Positions 44,401-52,676 of a stretch of 64,000 nucleotides of DNA are shown piece after piece. The translations under genes were made by a program, and so were the position numbers. The stretch comes from an uncultured Lachnospiraceae bacterium (GTDB lineage Bacteria; Bacillota; Clostridia; Lachnospirales; Lachnospiraceae). Location: assembly GCA_910579805.1 (NCBI GenBank), contig CAJTWM010000014.1, positions 14,126-78,125 of the forward strand, read 5' to 3'. How positions within the stretch are numbered: position 1 is the stretch's first letter; the number at the start of each line of letters is the position of its first letter. The notes beneath the pieces were generated by a model. It saw only the letters and a list, made by a program, of their open reading frames with translations, searched no databases and was not told where the DNA came from.

Positions 44401-46126
44401 GTTTAGAGGCTGCACTTCTTTGGTAGAAGTAATAGGCAATGAAACGATCATTTGCGAGAACGATATTTTATATACTACCAATGAAGACGGCAGCTATACG
44501 TTAGTGGAGTGTCTGCCCTCCAGAGGAAAGAACGGAAACGCCGAAGTTTCGGTGGCAAACGATCCGAAGCTTGCCAATGTATCCAAGATTAGCGAAAGTG
44601 CGTTCATAGATTGTAAAAATCTTGTCAGCGTTAATTTATCAGGATGCAACTATATCACAACCATTCCGAAGGACTGCTTTAAGGGCTGTTATTCCTTGAG
44701 AAACGTTGTTTTCCCAGGATCGGTCAATAATATTGCGGAAGGTGCTTTTAAAGGACTGACGCAGATCCATGTAACGATACCGTCCAAGGAAGTCTATATT
44801 CATAGGGATGCTTTCGAACATGGAAACGGAGAAAACGGCACCAGCGTAGGCGAAAAGTTATCAACGGTTGTAATACAAAGTTTTCCGGATTCGGCGGCAT
44901 TCCGTTATACGGAAGACAACTATATCGGTTTTGAAGGTTATAATGAAGACGAACATTCCGTTACTTTCTTAAATTGGGACTTTTCGGAACTGTACAGGAC
45001 ACGGGTAAAAGACGGTGCGTCCGTTCGTCCGTTCCTTGAAACCCAGACAGAACCCAGCAGGTCGGGATATAAGTTTGTCGGATGGGCTACCATTACCAAT
45101 GGCGCTACTTTGGACGTGATCACTGCAGATACGATATTTATTGCGCAGTTTAACTCTAAGGGCGGTAACAATGGAAACGGCAATGGAAATGTGAGTGGAA
45201 ACGGTAGTGGAAATGGTAACGGAAATGGTAGCGGCGACGGAAACGGCAACGGATCAAAAATGCATACCGTAACGGTTATCAACGGCAGCGGCAGCGGCAG
45301 TTATATTGAGGGTGCAGACGTTGTGATCGCAGCCAATAATCCGCCGACAGGCTATCAGTTTAAAGACTGGACGGTAAATACGAACAATGCCACGCTTGCA
45401 AGCAACAGAGTGGCTGCAACTACTTTTAAAATGCCGGCAGGGGACGTAAGGGTTACTGCAAACTACGAAAAATCAAAATCCTCGGGAAGTTCGGTAAGCG
45501 GAAACGGCAGCGGCGGCAGTAGTTCCTCAAATAAGAACAATAATAATAACAGCGGAACTAAAGTAGTCATTACGAGACCGGGGATATCGGATACGGATCT
45601 GGCTTCGGCAAAAGTAAACGGATCCAAAGACGGATTTATCGTTAAAATTTCCGAAACGGCAGAAGCGACTGCGGCAGTAGAGCAGGCGCTGACAAATAAA
45701 TACGGAAGTTTGGATAATATACGTTACGCAGCAATGGATATTAGTTTGTATGATTCTACCGGTACGAACAAAATCACAGACACCACAGGGTATACCATTG
45801 ATATTACCATACCGATTCCGGACGTACTTAGAGAATATGCAGGCAATAATAAAACGGCAGCCGTTGTGAATGCCCAACTGGAAAATTTAGCTCCTAAATT
45901 TACAACGATCGACGGCGTACCTTGCGTTACGTTCAGGGCAACGCATTTCTCACCGTACACCGTATATGTAGATACCGGTAATTTAACGGTAGGCGGACTT
46001 GACAGTACGCCGAAGACCGGAGACGGTATCCATCCTAAATGGTTTTTGGCAATAGGCCTTGTATGCCTTTCCGTTGTAATGTTTATGAAGAAAGACAAAA
46101 AAGCGCCGAAGGTTAAAACTGCATAA
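41453..46126 (+). CDS. Giant sortase-anchored surface protein with BspA-type LRRs, a Listeria-Bacteroides repeat, a (GNG/GSG)n linker and a C-terminal TPKTG sorting signal
   Basis: N-terminal signal/TM 'LSAVFMITALIVAAIPV'. Many 'IP..V..IG..AF..C..L' units. 'VTFLNWDFSELY...YKFVGWATI' (Flg_new). 'GGNNGNGNGNVSGNGSGNGNGNGSGDGNGNGS'. The C-terminus is 'TPKTGDGIHPKWFLAIGLVCLSVVMFMKKDKK'. Confidence 0.88.
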   Translation: MAKQASKKKRVNRKLKRTIRKTLSAVFMITALIVAAIPVQNNVEASSPGTGGTVSGNTESEIPAVGYGVTREYVENEKIKFEVNLQNGDIDGLDSAFDIVNVGGTYYLQEIYKVGTFKLGNQIYNTLAAYNKSFMASNNNEVTIPGSVVTSYGQFEFDMEEVQKIYMDPATHTPNTDADALQERYNKLYPSNIIRAGDPDTGEGAVYDIDIRNEDLAAEPLATNVKKVVLDIYACQQQGAVASGKADAPCRAQEVAMIQEGADDKIVYVAYNPVKGEFYADKTRTLRAIADDAFGKNAYPGDSNVIQLNKLVLPDTIAYIGNNSFEGCSGIRSFELTGTVTNIGCQAFKGCTSMQSIKINNLQKIGAEAFADCNSLGSITFPSTLDEIGQGAFYNCTSLKTVDMSQITGGVIIDDFAFYDCTDLNSFNFGSTVSSIGKGCFAVTDNKPINGSWTKIQLADSASELGDAMFDGRTNIEEVIFPSTYGAVPNSARTSILDDNFFRRCSALKSVTIPGAYASFGVDVFQSVESDQFYVEGPATYRADADYTLEENYANPRVSAHNARITYKFKYGNEEFFDVAYNYQPSDNDGNPVVDADGNPVKVTDYYLINVATGELEKYTPDPDNNYSTKIVIKANYNGVSVTGIAEGCFDSVKETATELIVEDGTISLIGKNAFKGFVRLQKVHLGNSVKEIGDGAFAGCNLLEDVYFNMDEVKIGNEAFQKDVTASPTGLTFHGKIEAGFEPYDWAMKPENELSTAGLRILYMNLPPSNLGTIYDRTSEGENISVPLIFYPIYNYLDADNEDYRKTKAEQLGLGNWEDYSIIKRVEAGAAGDNQDGDYADADDLAYANATKHIVIPAGVTSIDTPKYYGSAENNTNVTTYVQYSEGPGKVTNSREAIRYASLTNVVDDHTVVPGLFSGWYEDYVPGTDEASEYEKEVKGNDRVESITMFTVESIPDYAFDSCERLQKVDLGAGCKKIGLAPFRGCTSLVEVIGNETIICENDILYTTNEDGSYTLVECLPSRGKNGNAEVSVANDPKLANVSKISESAFIDCKNLVSVNLSGCNYITTIPKDCFKGCYSLRNVVFPGSVNNIAEGAFKGLTQIHVTIPSKEVYIHRDAFEHGNGENGTSVGEKLSTVVIQSFPDSAAFRYTEDNYIGFEGYNEDEHSVTFLNWDFSELYRTRVKDGASVRPFLETQTEPSRSGYKFVGWATITNGATLDVITADTIFIAQFNSKGGNNGNGNGNVSGNGSGNGNGNGSGDGNGNGSKMHTVTVINGSGSGSYIEGADVVIAANNPPTGYQFKDWTVNTNNATLASNRVAATTFKMPAGDVRVTANYEKSKSSGSSVSGNGSGGSSSSNKNNNNNSGTKVVITRPGISDTDLASAKVNGSKDGFIVKISETAEATAAVEQALTNKYGSLDNIRYAAMDISLYDSTGTNKITDTTGYTIDITIPIPDVLREYAGNNKTAAVVNAQLENLAPKFTTIDGVPCVTFRATHFSPYTVYVDTGNLTVGGLDSTPKTGDGIHPKWFLAIGLVCLSVVMFMKKDKKAPKVKTA
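46007..46126 (+). other. Cell-wall sorting signal: TPKTG motif (46007-46021), hydrophobic helix and basic tail
   Basis: Read directly from the sequence. The motif resembles the (S/P)PxTG class cleaved by clostridial SrtB rather than LPXTG. Confidence 0.75.
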
Positions 46127-46283
46127 TATATGTCAAGTTTTCTTAACAGGTAGGATTTGATTTACAGGTTAACATTGTTTAGCCGCAAAAAAGAACGGAT
46201 GTTAGCAAATTTGGATGAAACTTCCAAACTGCTTATTGGTAGCAGTATCGCAGGCTTTGTTTGCGATATGCAGGGGTATAAGT

Positions 46284-47384
46284 ATGAAAAAAAGGCTGAA
46301 AATTTTGGCGGGTACGCTGCTGCTTGGTGTAGCAGTAGCGACTGCCGGAATATCTGCTTCCGTTGTGGAAGCAACAGAAAAAACCGTTATTTCCGATTTT
46401 CAGTTGAACGGTACTACTTTGGTAAAATATCAGGGTTCGGCAAGTACGGTTACGATTCCGGATTCCGTAACTAAAATCGGAGAGGACGCATTTTCCGGAA
46501 ACAAGACATTGGTAAGCGTCAATATCCCTTCGTCGGTGGAGACGATAGGGTATAATGCGTTTGCCGATTGCACCGCTTTGGAACATATTTCTATTCCAAA
46601 TGGAACGAAAGTACTTGAAGATGCCGTATTTTCAGGCTGCTCTAATTTGTCCAAAGTGAGTTTTGGAAAAAACGTGAAAAAATTGGGAAGCGGCGTTTTT
46701 GCAGGTTGTACGAAACTGCAGAAAGTAAGCATTTCGTCTAAGAACGACTATTTGGTTTGCACTTCAGGCGTTTTATATGACAAGGATAAAACGACTTTGA
46801 TTGAAATGCTGCCGGGAAGGACAAACAAAACTTTCTATTTTCCTTCTACCGTTACGGATATTTATCCCTATGCGTTTTGGGGAGTGAGTCATTTGGAAAA
46901 GACGGTGCTCAGTCAGAATCTTCATGAGATTCCGGCTTATGCGTTCAGCAACTGTACGGCGCTCACCGGAATAGAGATTCCTTATGCAGTGTATAGCATT
47001 GATATAAAGGCATTTGAAAATTGTACGGGGCTTGAGGAAGTGGTTATTCATGAATCGGTAAACGAGATTCATGATACGGCGTTTGACGGATGTGATAATT
47101 TAAATATTATTGCTAAAGAAGGTACGGCCGGATATGAGTTTGCCAAAAACCATTCCGCTATTCATGAGGCAGAGATTCAGGGAGAAGAACCTGCACCTAA
47201 TACAATGCCGGGCGTATTAAACGGAACGGTAGGAAACGGCGGCACACAGAGCGGTGCAGGAACGGGAAACGGTTATTCGGATCCTTTGGAATATCCGGAA
47301 GACGAGTCCGTGATTGGGAAAACAAGGACGATCGGTAATAATGCGGTAGTGATCATTGACGGTACAAAACAAACAGTTCATTAA
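46284..47384 (+). CDS. Secreted BspA-type LRR protein with no anchor motif
   Basis: Signal peptide MKKRLKILAGTLLLGVAVATAGISASVVEA from the ATG at 46284. LRR units such as 'IPDSVTKIGEDAFSGNKTLVSVN' and 'IPSSVETIGYNAFADCTALEHIS'. Confidence 0.82.
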   Translation: MKKRLKILAGTLLLGVAVATAGISASVVEATEKTVISDFQLNGTTLVKYQGSASTVTIPDSVTKIGEDAFSGNKTLVSVNIPSSVETIGYNAFADCTALEHISIPNGTKVLEDAVFSGCSNLSKVSFGKNVKKLGSGVFAGCTKLQKVSISSKNDYLVCTSGVLYDKDKTTLIEMLPGRTNKTFYFPSTVTDIYPYAFWGVSHLEKTVLSQNLHEIPAYAFSNCTALTGIEIPYAVYSIDIKAFENCTGLEEVVIHESVNEIHDTAFDGCDNLNIIAKEGTAGYEFAKNHSAIHEAEIQGEEPAPNTMPGVLNGTVGNGGTQSGAGTGNGYSDPLEYPEDESVIGKTRTIGNNAVVIIDGTKQTVH

Positions 47385-47408
47385 AAGCAGATGAAGAATA
47401 AATGACAA

Positions 47409-48374
47409 ATGAAAATCTCTCAGCATAGAATAAAACAAAAATGCTGGGAGATTTTTTTCGTGAATCGGGTAAGAATGCAGATAGAATGCACGGATGACCT
47501 ACTGCCCGGAAACAAAAGAGCGCCTGTTGGGATTGCGGTATTGGATACGGGAATTGCAAATCATCCTGATTTTAAAAGCAGAATTATAGATTTCTATGAT
47601 TTTATAAACAAAAAGCAATATATTTATGACGATAGCGGACATGGTACGCATGTGGCCGGCTGTATTGGCGGAGACGGACGGATGTCCGGCGGAAAATACA
47701 GAGGGATTCATCCAAAATGTAATTTTGTTGTTGGAAAAGTATTAAACGAATACGGGGAGGGCAGTCTGAAAGATATGATAAGCGGGCTCGAATGGGTATT
47801 CGGGCGTGCGGAAAAATATAATATCCGCGTCGTTAATATATCTGTCGGCGTTACGGATACGGAAGAAAAAGAATTGTTAAAAACAATGTTGGAATTGGTG
47901 GAGGAAGCCTGGAGGAGAAACATTCTGATCGTGTGCGCGGCAGGCAATAAAGGTCCAAAACCTATGACGATCTCACCTTTAGGAATCGGAAAGCATGTTA
48001 TTTCCGTAGGATGCCATGACGGAGATTATTTCAAAAATAAGGAAGGAACCTGTGAAATATATTCCGGAAGAGGTCCTACGCCCTTTGCAATTAAAAAACC
48101 GGATCTGGTGGCTCCCGGAACGGACATTATATCGTGTAATGCAGGATTTCGTGCAGGAAACAGAAGAAACCCAATCCCTTATATAAAGAAAAGCGGGACG
48201 TCTATGTCTACGCCTATAGTAGCCGGAGCGGCAGCTTTGCTGATCCAGAAAAACGGGAATATGGAATGTGAAGAAATCAAGCGGAGATTGGTATATAGTG
48301 CCGTCGACTTGAAAGAACCGTGGACAAAACAAGGGTGGGGAATGCTTAATGTAAAGAGATTGCTGGAAGTTTAA
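47409..48374 (+). CDS. S8 (subtilisin-family) serine peptidase that is short and has no signal peptide or propeptide; the start is uncertain (47409 or 47475)
   Basis: Catalytic triad contexts 'AVLDTGI' (Asp), 'HGTHVAG' (His) and 'SGTSMSTP' (Ser), with oxyanion Asn in 'AAGNKG'. Confidence 0.85.
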   Translation: MKISQHRIKQKCWEIFFVNRVRMQIECTDDLLPGNKRAPVGIAVLDTGIANHPDFKSRIIDFYDFINKKQYIYDDSGHGTHVAGCIGGDGRMSGGKYRGIHPKCNFVVGKVLNEYGEGSLKDMISGLEWVFGRAEKYNIRVVNISVGVTDTEEKELLKTMLELVEEAWRRNILIVCAAGNKGPKPMTISPLGIGKHVISVGCHDGDYFKNKEGTCEIYSGRGPTPFAIKKPDLVAPGTDIISCNAGFRAGNRRNPIPYIKKSGTSMSTPIVAGAAALLIQKNGNMECEEIKRRLVYSAVDLKEPWTKQGWGMLNVKRLLEV

Positions 48375-48489
48375 GCTTCGTTAACAAGCTATAAAAATAG
48401 TACTAAAGGTTTATTTACAAATAGCGCCTTTATAGATATGATAATCGTGAGAGATGAGAAAATATAGGATTATTGATTTGATATTTGGA

Positions 48490-48517
48490 GAGTCATTTGA
48501 AAAAATGGCTCTTTTTT
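48490..48517 (+). terminator. Rho-independent terminator after the S8 gene
   Basis: 9-bp stem, GAGTCATTT with AAATGGCTC (one G-U pair), a GAAA loop and T6. Confidence 0.7.
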
Positions 48518-48654
48518 GTCGCTTTTTAGAGTCATTCAGTTAATAAGAGAAAGGATTGAAATGTTTCAGCAGCAAGTTTGTGTCTGTACGGCGTCCGCAA
48601 ATTTGCCGTTCGTTTGGAATCCGGACAAGAAAGCCGTGCAGAAAGAGGGTAAAT

Positions 48655-49926
48655 ATGAAATCAATAAGCAGGACACTTATCATCGCAGGCTCCGCACTTC
48701 TATTCTTAATATGCATACTGGCCGGTGTGCTTTATTATAGGAATTTAAAGCGCGGCGAAGAAGAAATGGCAGTTACGATCGAGAGAAATTTGCAGACATA
48801 TCTAAATGAACGCGTCAGCGAACTAAATCCTGAGTTTTTGGAAAAGACGGATAATGAAGAAATATTAAGGCAGCTTTCAGAGCAGATCTTAAAGGAAATG
48901 TCCAGACAATTGAATATGGAAAATATGACATGGGAAGAGATCTTACAGTATTTTAATGAGGAGCAGATAAAATCAGTGATTGAGTATGTGATCAATCAAT
49001 TTGATGATGACTGGCTGAATCAGTTTATAAACGAAGCGGGAGATATTTTTATTACGGAAGAAGAATGTCAAGTGATCAGTAAAAACATTTTTGCTGCCTT
49101 GAAGGAAGAGTTATTAAGGCAGCTTGAAAAAATAACGGGAGAGGAGCGGGAAAAACTGCTGGAGCTATTGAAGATCGTAAACGAATATAAAGCCGAAGGC
49201 GATCATCAGCTTATGGGGCTGAAAGTAATATTGGAAAGTCTGCAGAAAGACAATTCTTTTTCTAAAACGCTTCTAGAACAGCTTAAACAGGAAAATGAAA
49301 CGGTAAAAAAACGTCTGTCACAATTACAAAAGGACAGTGAGGGCGTAAAAGGATGGTTATCACAGTTACAGAAAGAGCAGGAAGGCGTAGGCGGATGGCT
49401 TGCGAAATTGCAGGAGAGCAGCCAGGGATTAATAGGACTACTGGCACAGTTACAAAAAGAAAATGAAGGAATGAAAGGGACATTAGGACAGCTTCAGAAT
49501 GAAAATGAAGGGATAAAAGGAACGTTAAGCCAGCTTCAGAACGCAAATGAAGGGATAAAAGGAACATTAGGACAGCTTCAGAACGAAGACGAAGCAGTAA
49601 AAAGAACGTTGGAGCGGCTTCAAGGAGACAATGAGGAAATGAAAGGGATATTGGGACAGTTAAAAGAAGGCGGCGAAAAGATAAACGGCTCTTTAGATCA
49701 ACTGAGAAAAGAACAGGCCGCGTTGACCGGACGAGTGGGAATAGCGGAAAAAAATATAACGGATGTACAGGAACGTATGGCAGGCAATGAGAATACTATT
49801 ACTATAATAGAGCAAAAACTGGCAGGTTTTATAAAGAGAGTAGACAATCTGGAAAACGGTGCAAATTTAAAAGTAGAGCGCTGGGATGAAGCAACCCAAA
49901 GTCTTTATCTTGTTCCAGTAGAGTGA
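48655..49926 (+). CDS. N-terminally membrane-anchored coiled-coil protein with 11 tandem 14-residue repeats
   Basis: ATG at 48655 after AGAGGG. TM helix 'TLIIAGSALLFLICILAGVLYY'. The repeat consensus is L(G/S)QLQ.E.EG.KG. Confidence 0.75.
   Translation: MKSISRTLIIAGSALLFLICILAGVLYYRNLKRGEEEMAVTIERNLQTYLNERVSELNPEFLEKTDNEEILRQLSEQILKEMSRQLNMENMTWEEILQYFNEEQIKSVIEYVINQFDDDWLNQFINEAGDIFITEEECQVISKNIFAALKEELLRQLEKITGEEREKLLELLKIVNEYKAEGDHQLMGLKVILESLQKDNSFSKTLLEQLKQENETVKKRLSQLQKDSEGVKGWLSQLQKEQEGVGGWLAKLQESSQGLIGLLAQLQKENEGMKGTLGQLQNENEGIKGTLSQLQNANEGIKGTLGQLQNEDEAVKRTLERLQGDNEEMKGILGQLKEGGEKINGSLDQLRKEQAALTGRVGIAEKNITDVQERMAGNENTITIIEQKLAGFIKRVDNLENGANLKVERWDEATQSLYLVPVE
49273..49734 (+). repeat. 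42-bp in-frame tandem repeat array of 11 units
   Basis: Units run from LEQLKQENETVKKR to LDQLRKEQAALTGR. Central units 5-8 are nearly identical at the DNA level ('cagcttcagaa.g.aaatgaagggataaaaggaac.tta'). Confidence 0.9.
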
Positions 49927-49959
49927 TCTGGAAGTATATTTGGAAGGGAGAAGATTTTA

Positions 49960-50943
49960 ATGCGAAATAGAAGAAAAATAACAGGTGTTGCAGTATTATG
50001 CGCCATTTGTTTATTTACTTTGTTAAGGCAAGTGGAAGTAAAAGCAGAACAGGTAACGGCATTTACATATACATATTCCGGAGAGAAACAGGTTTTTGAA
50101 AGTCCGTATACGGGAATCTACCAAGTTGAACTGTACGGCGCGCAAGGCTCGAATGCCGCCTGTGAAGGAGGGAAGGGAGGAAAAGTTACTGTTTCCTTAT
50201 GTATAAAAAAGGGAGAAAAACTGTCGGTTTATGTAGGCGGCCAAAACGGTTATAACGGAGGAGGCGGCGGAAGAGTTTCTAACGGCGGGGGCGCAACGGA
50301 TATCAGAAAAGAGGGAGAACGGATCGCAATTGCCGGAGGAGGCGGCGGCGGTACGAACGCTTTAGAAGGAGGAGCGGGAGGAAGCAATGAAAATGGGGAT
50401 TATGAAGTATTATATGAAGGCGGAGGAAATTTGGATGTAGAAGGTTCGGCAGGAGGCGGCAGCGGCTATAAAGGCGGCAGCGCGGGATACTATTATATCG
50501 AAGTGATCCAGCATAATCATAAGCCGGGGTGCTATGAACAGTGTTACGGAAGAATCGTTTGGGCGGATGCTAATGGAGACGGATTATCCATTGGAATATG
50601 CGACATCTGTCATAAACAATATGAAGACCGGAACCAGAAGCCGGGGATGCATCCGGAGTCGATCCAGTGCGGCGTACAAAACATTATATGCGGCAAATCT
50701 ACCGATCCGGTCAGAAACGTCTATTCCAAAAGAGCTATGGGAGGATCCAATTGGTATGATGCGCAAAACTGCGGGAACGCGGTAAGCGAGGCGGGAGTAC
50801 AGTCCGGAGACGGCCTATGCTGTATTAAACTGCTGTCCATGCATAATCTGTATTTTTCGGGGGTAGAAGGACTTAACGTATATTATAACGGGTGTAAAGT
50901 AAAAAGAGTTTATTATAAGGGGAATCTGGTTTATTTTGAGTAA
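49960..50943 (+). CDS. Secreted glycine-rich-domain protein (Gly_rich/PF12810-like) with a Cys-rich C-terminal region
   Basis: Signal peptide 'ITGVAVLCAICLFTLLRQVEVKAEQ'. 'YTGIYQVELYGAQGS...GGKGGKVTVSL..KKGEKLSVYVGGQNGYNGGGGG...GGGATDIRKEGERIAIAGGGGGG' is the hallmark pattern of that family. It is followed by 'HNHKPGCYEQCYG...ICDICHKQY...IQCGVQNIICG'. Confidence 0.7.
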   Translation: MRNRRKITGVAVLCAICLFTLLRQVEVKAEQVTAFTYTYSGEKQVFESPYTGIYQVELYGAQGSNAACEGGKGGKVTVSLCIKKGEKLSVYVGGQNGYNGGGGGRVSNGGGATDIRKEGERIAIAGGGGGGTNALEGGAGGSNENGDYEVLYEGGGNLDVEGSAGGGSGYKGGSAGYYYIEVIQHNHKPGCYEQCYGRIVWADANGDGLSIGICDICHKQYEDRNQKPGMHPESIQCGVQNIICGKSTDPVRNVYSKRAMGGSNWYDAQNCGNAVSEAGVQSGDGLCCIKLLSMHNLYFSGVEGLNVYYNGCKVKRVYYKGNLVYFE

Positions 50944-51011
50944 AGAAATGCGCTGAAGAAATGTGATGGAACGGATAAAATCCACAAAAATCCACAAATG
51001 CCGAAATTTAC

Positions 51012-51050
51012 TTGACACGCCTCGTATGATTGTATACAATTATACGAGGC
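51012..51050 (+). promoter_or_regulatory. SigA-type promoter overlapped by a 32-bp near-perfect palindrome, a candidate GntR-family operator
   Basis: TTGACA (51012-51017), 17 bp, TACAAT (51035-51040). The palindrome is GCCTCGTATGATTGTATACAATTATACGAGGC (51019-51050, one mismatched pair) with the core ATTGTATACAAT (GT..AC type). Confidence 0.7.
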
Positions 51051-51142
51051 ATAAGTGCAAATGACTGACGGAAACCGGATCGGTATCGGATAGGAAAACG
51101 TATAGTAAAATGCCAATAAAACTTATGAGGAGAAAGTCAGAT

Positions 51143-52552
51143 ATGAGAGAAAATGAAACATTTATGAATCGTCCGATCTCAATGAACGAGAAAAACAATC
51201 TGCTGGAAATAGAAGAACATATGTATATTTTGGATGATGTGGAAAAACCGAATGTCTTCCGTAACATGTTCCCTTATTCGGAGATACCGAAAATTCCATT
51301 TAATGACCGTATCGTACCTCATAATATGCCGAAAGATATTTGGATAACCGATACGACATTCAGAGACGGTCAGCAGTCCCGGGCGCCATATACGACGGAG
51401 CAGATCGTAACGATCTATGATTACTTACATAAGCTGGGAGGTCCGAACGGGATGATACGGGCCAGCGAATTTTTCTTATACAGTAAAAAGGATCGGGACG
51501 CCGTATACAAATGTATGGAGAGGGGCTATCCGTTTCCGGAAGTGACAAGCTGGATCCGTGCAAGTAAAGAGGACTTCAAGCTCGTAAAAGAAATCGGGAT
51601 GAAAGAAACAGGGATTCTTGTAAGCTGTTCGGATTACCATATTTTTTTGAAACTGAAAATGACGAGACGTCAGGCTATGGAGCATTATCTGAGCGTGATC
51701 AGAGATTGTCTTGAGGAGGGGATCAGTCCCCGATGCCATTTGGAAGATATTACAAGAGCAGATATATACGGTTATGTGGTGCCGTTTTGTTTAGAGCTTA
51801 TGAAACTGATGGAGAGTTATCAGATCCCGATCAAGGTCAGAGCCTGCGATACGATGGGATATGGCGTAAACTATGCCGGCGCCGTTATCCCGAGAAGCGT
51901 ACAAGGGATCATTTATGCGATTCATACCCATGGGGGAGTTCCCCACTCCCTGATAGAGTGGCACGGCCATAATGATTTTTATAAGGCGGTATCCAATTCT
52001 ACGACTGCCTGGCTTTACGGCTGTTCGGGCATCAATACCTCTCTTTTCGGGATCGGTGAAAGAACAGGGAATACGCCTCTTGAGGCAATGGTATTTGAAT
52101 ATGCGCAATTAAAAGGAAATCTGAACGGAATGGATACAACGGTGATTACTGAGCTGGCCGAGTACTATGAGAAGGAGATCGGATATCAGATCCCGCCAAG
52201 GACGCCCTTTGTGGGAAAGAATTTTAATGTAACGAGGGCGGGAATCCATGCGGACGGACTGTTAAAAAATGAAGAGATCTATAATATTTTTGATACGGAC
52301 AAGTTTTTAAACAGACCGGTTTTATGTGCCGTATCCAATACGTCCGGCCTTGCGGGAATCGCCCATTGGATCAATACTTATTATGGGCTAAAAGAGGAAA
52401 AGCAGTTGAATAAAAATTGCGAATTGGTAAAGGTTCTTAAGGAATGGGTGGATAAAGAGTATGCGGACGGTCGTGTGACGGTTCTTACGGATGAAGAGCT
52501 GGCCGCGCAGATTGAAAGGGTTTGCAATGAACTGTCGATTACATTACAATAA
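51143..52552 (+). CDS. Homocitrate synthase/isopropylmalate synthase-family enzyme, probably a Re-face citrate synthase
   Basis: The HMGL-like core begins 'WITDTTFRDGQQ', followed by 'EWHGHNDF'. Length is ~470 aa. It is clustered with a GntR regulator and isocitrate dehydrogenase. The start is chosen after GAGGAG; the track start is 51110. Confidence 0.7.
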   Translation: MRENETFMNRPISMNEKNNLLEIEEHMYILDDVEKPNVFRNMFPYSEIPKIPFNDRIVPHNMPKDIWITDTTFRDGQQSRAPYTTEQIVTIYDYLHKLGGPNGMIRASEFFLYSKKDRDAVYKCMERGYPFPEVTSWIRASKEDFKLVKEIGMKETGILVSCSDYHIFLKLKMTRRQAMEHYLSVIRDCLEEGISPRCHLEDITRADIYGYVVPFCLELMKLMESYQIPIKVRACDTMGYGVNYAGAVIPRSVQGIIYAIHTHGGVPHSLIEWHGHNDFYKAVSNSTTAWLYGCSGINTSLFGIGERTGNTPLEAMVFEYAQLKGNLNGMDTTVITELAEYYEKEIGYQIPPRTPFVGKNFNVTRAGIHADGLLKNEEIYNIFDTDKFLNRPVLCAVSNTSGLAGIAHWINTYYGLKEEKQLNKNCELVKVLKEWVDKEYADGRVTVLTDEELAAQIERVCNELSITLQ

Positions 52553-52676
52553 TAATGATCCGGTATGACTGTTTGCCGTCTGCGATCCTGTTCATCAGTC
52601 GTGGGCGGTATGCCGGAACCGGAAGAAGATAGGGACGGCGCTTTTGACGCCGAAACTTGTTTCATGGAGGTAGAGC

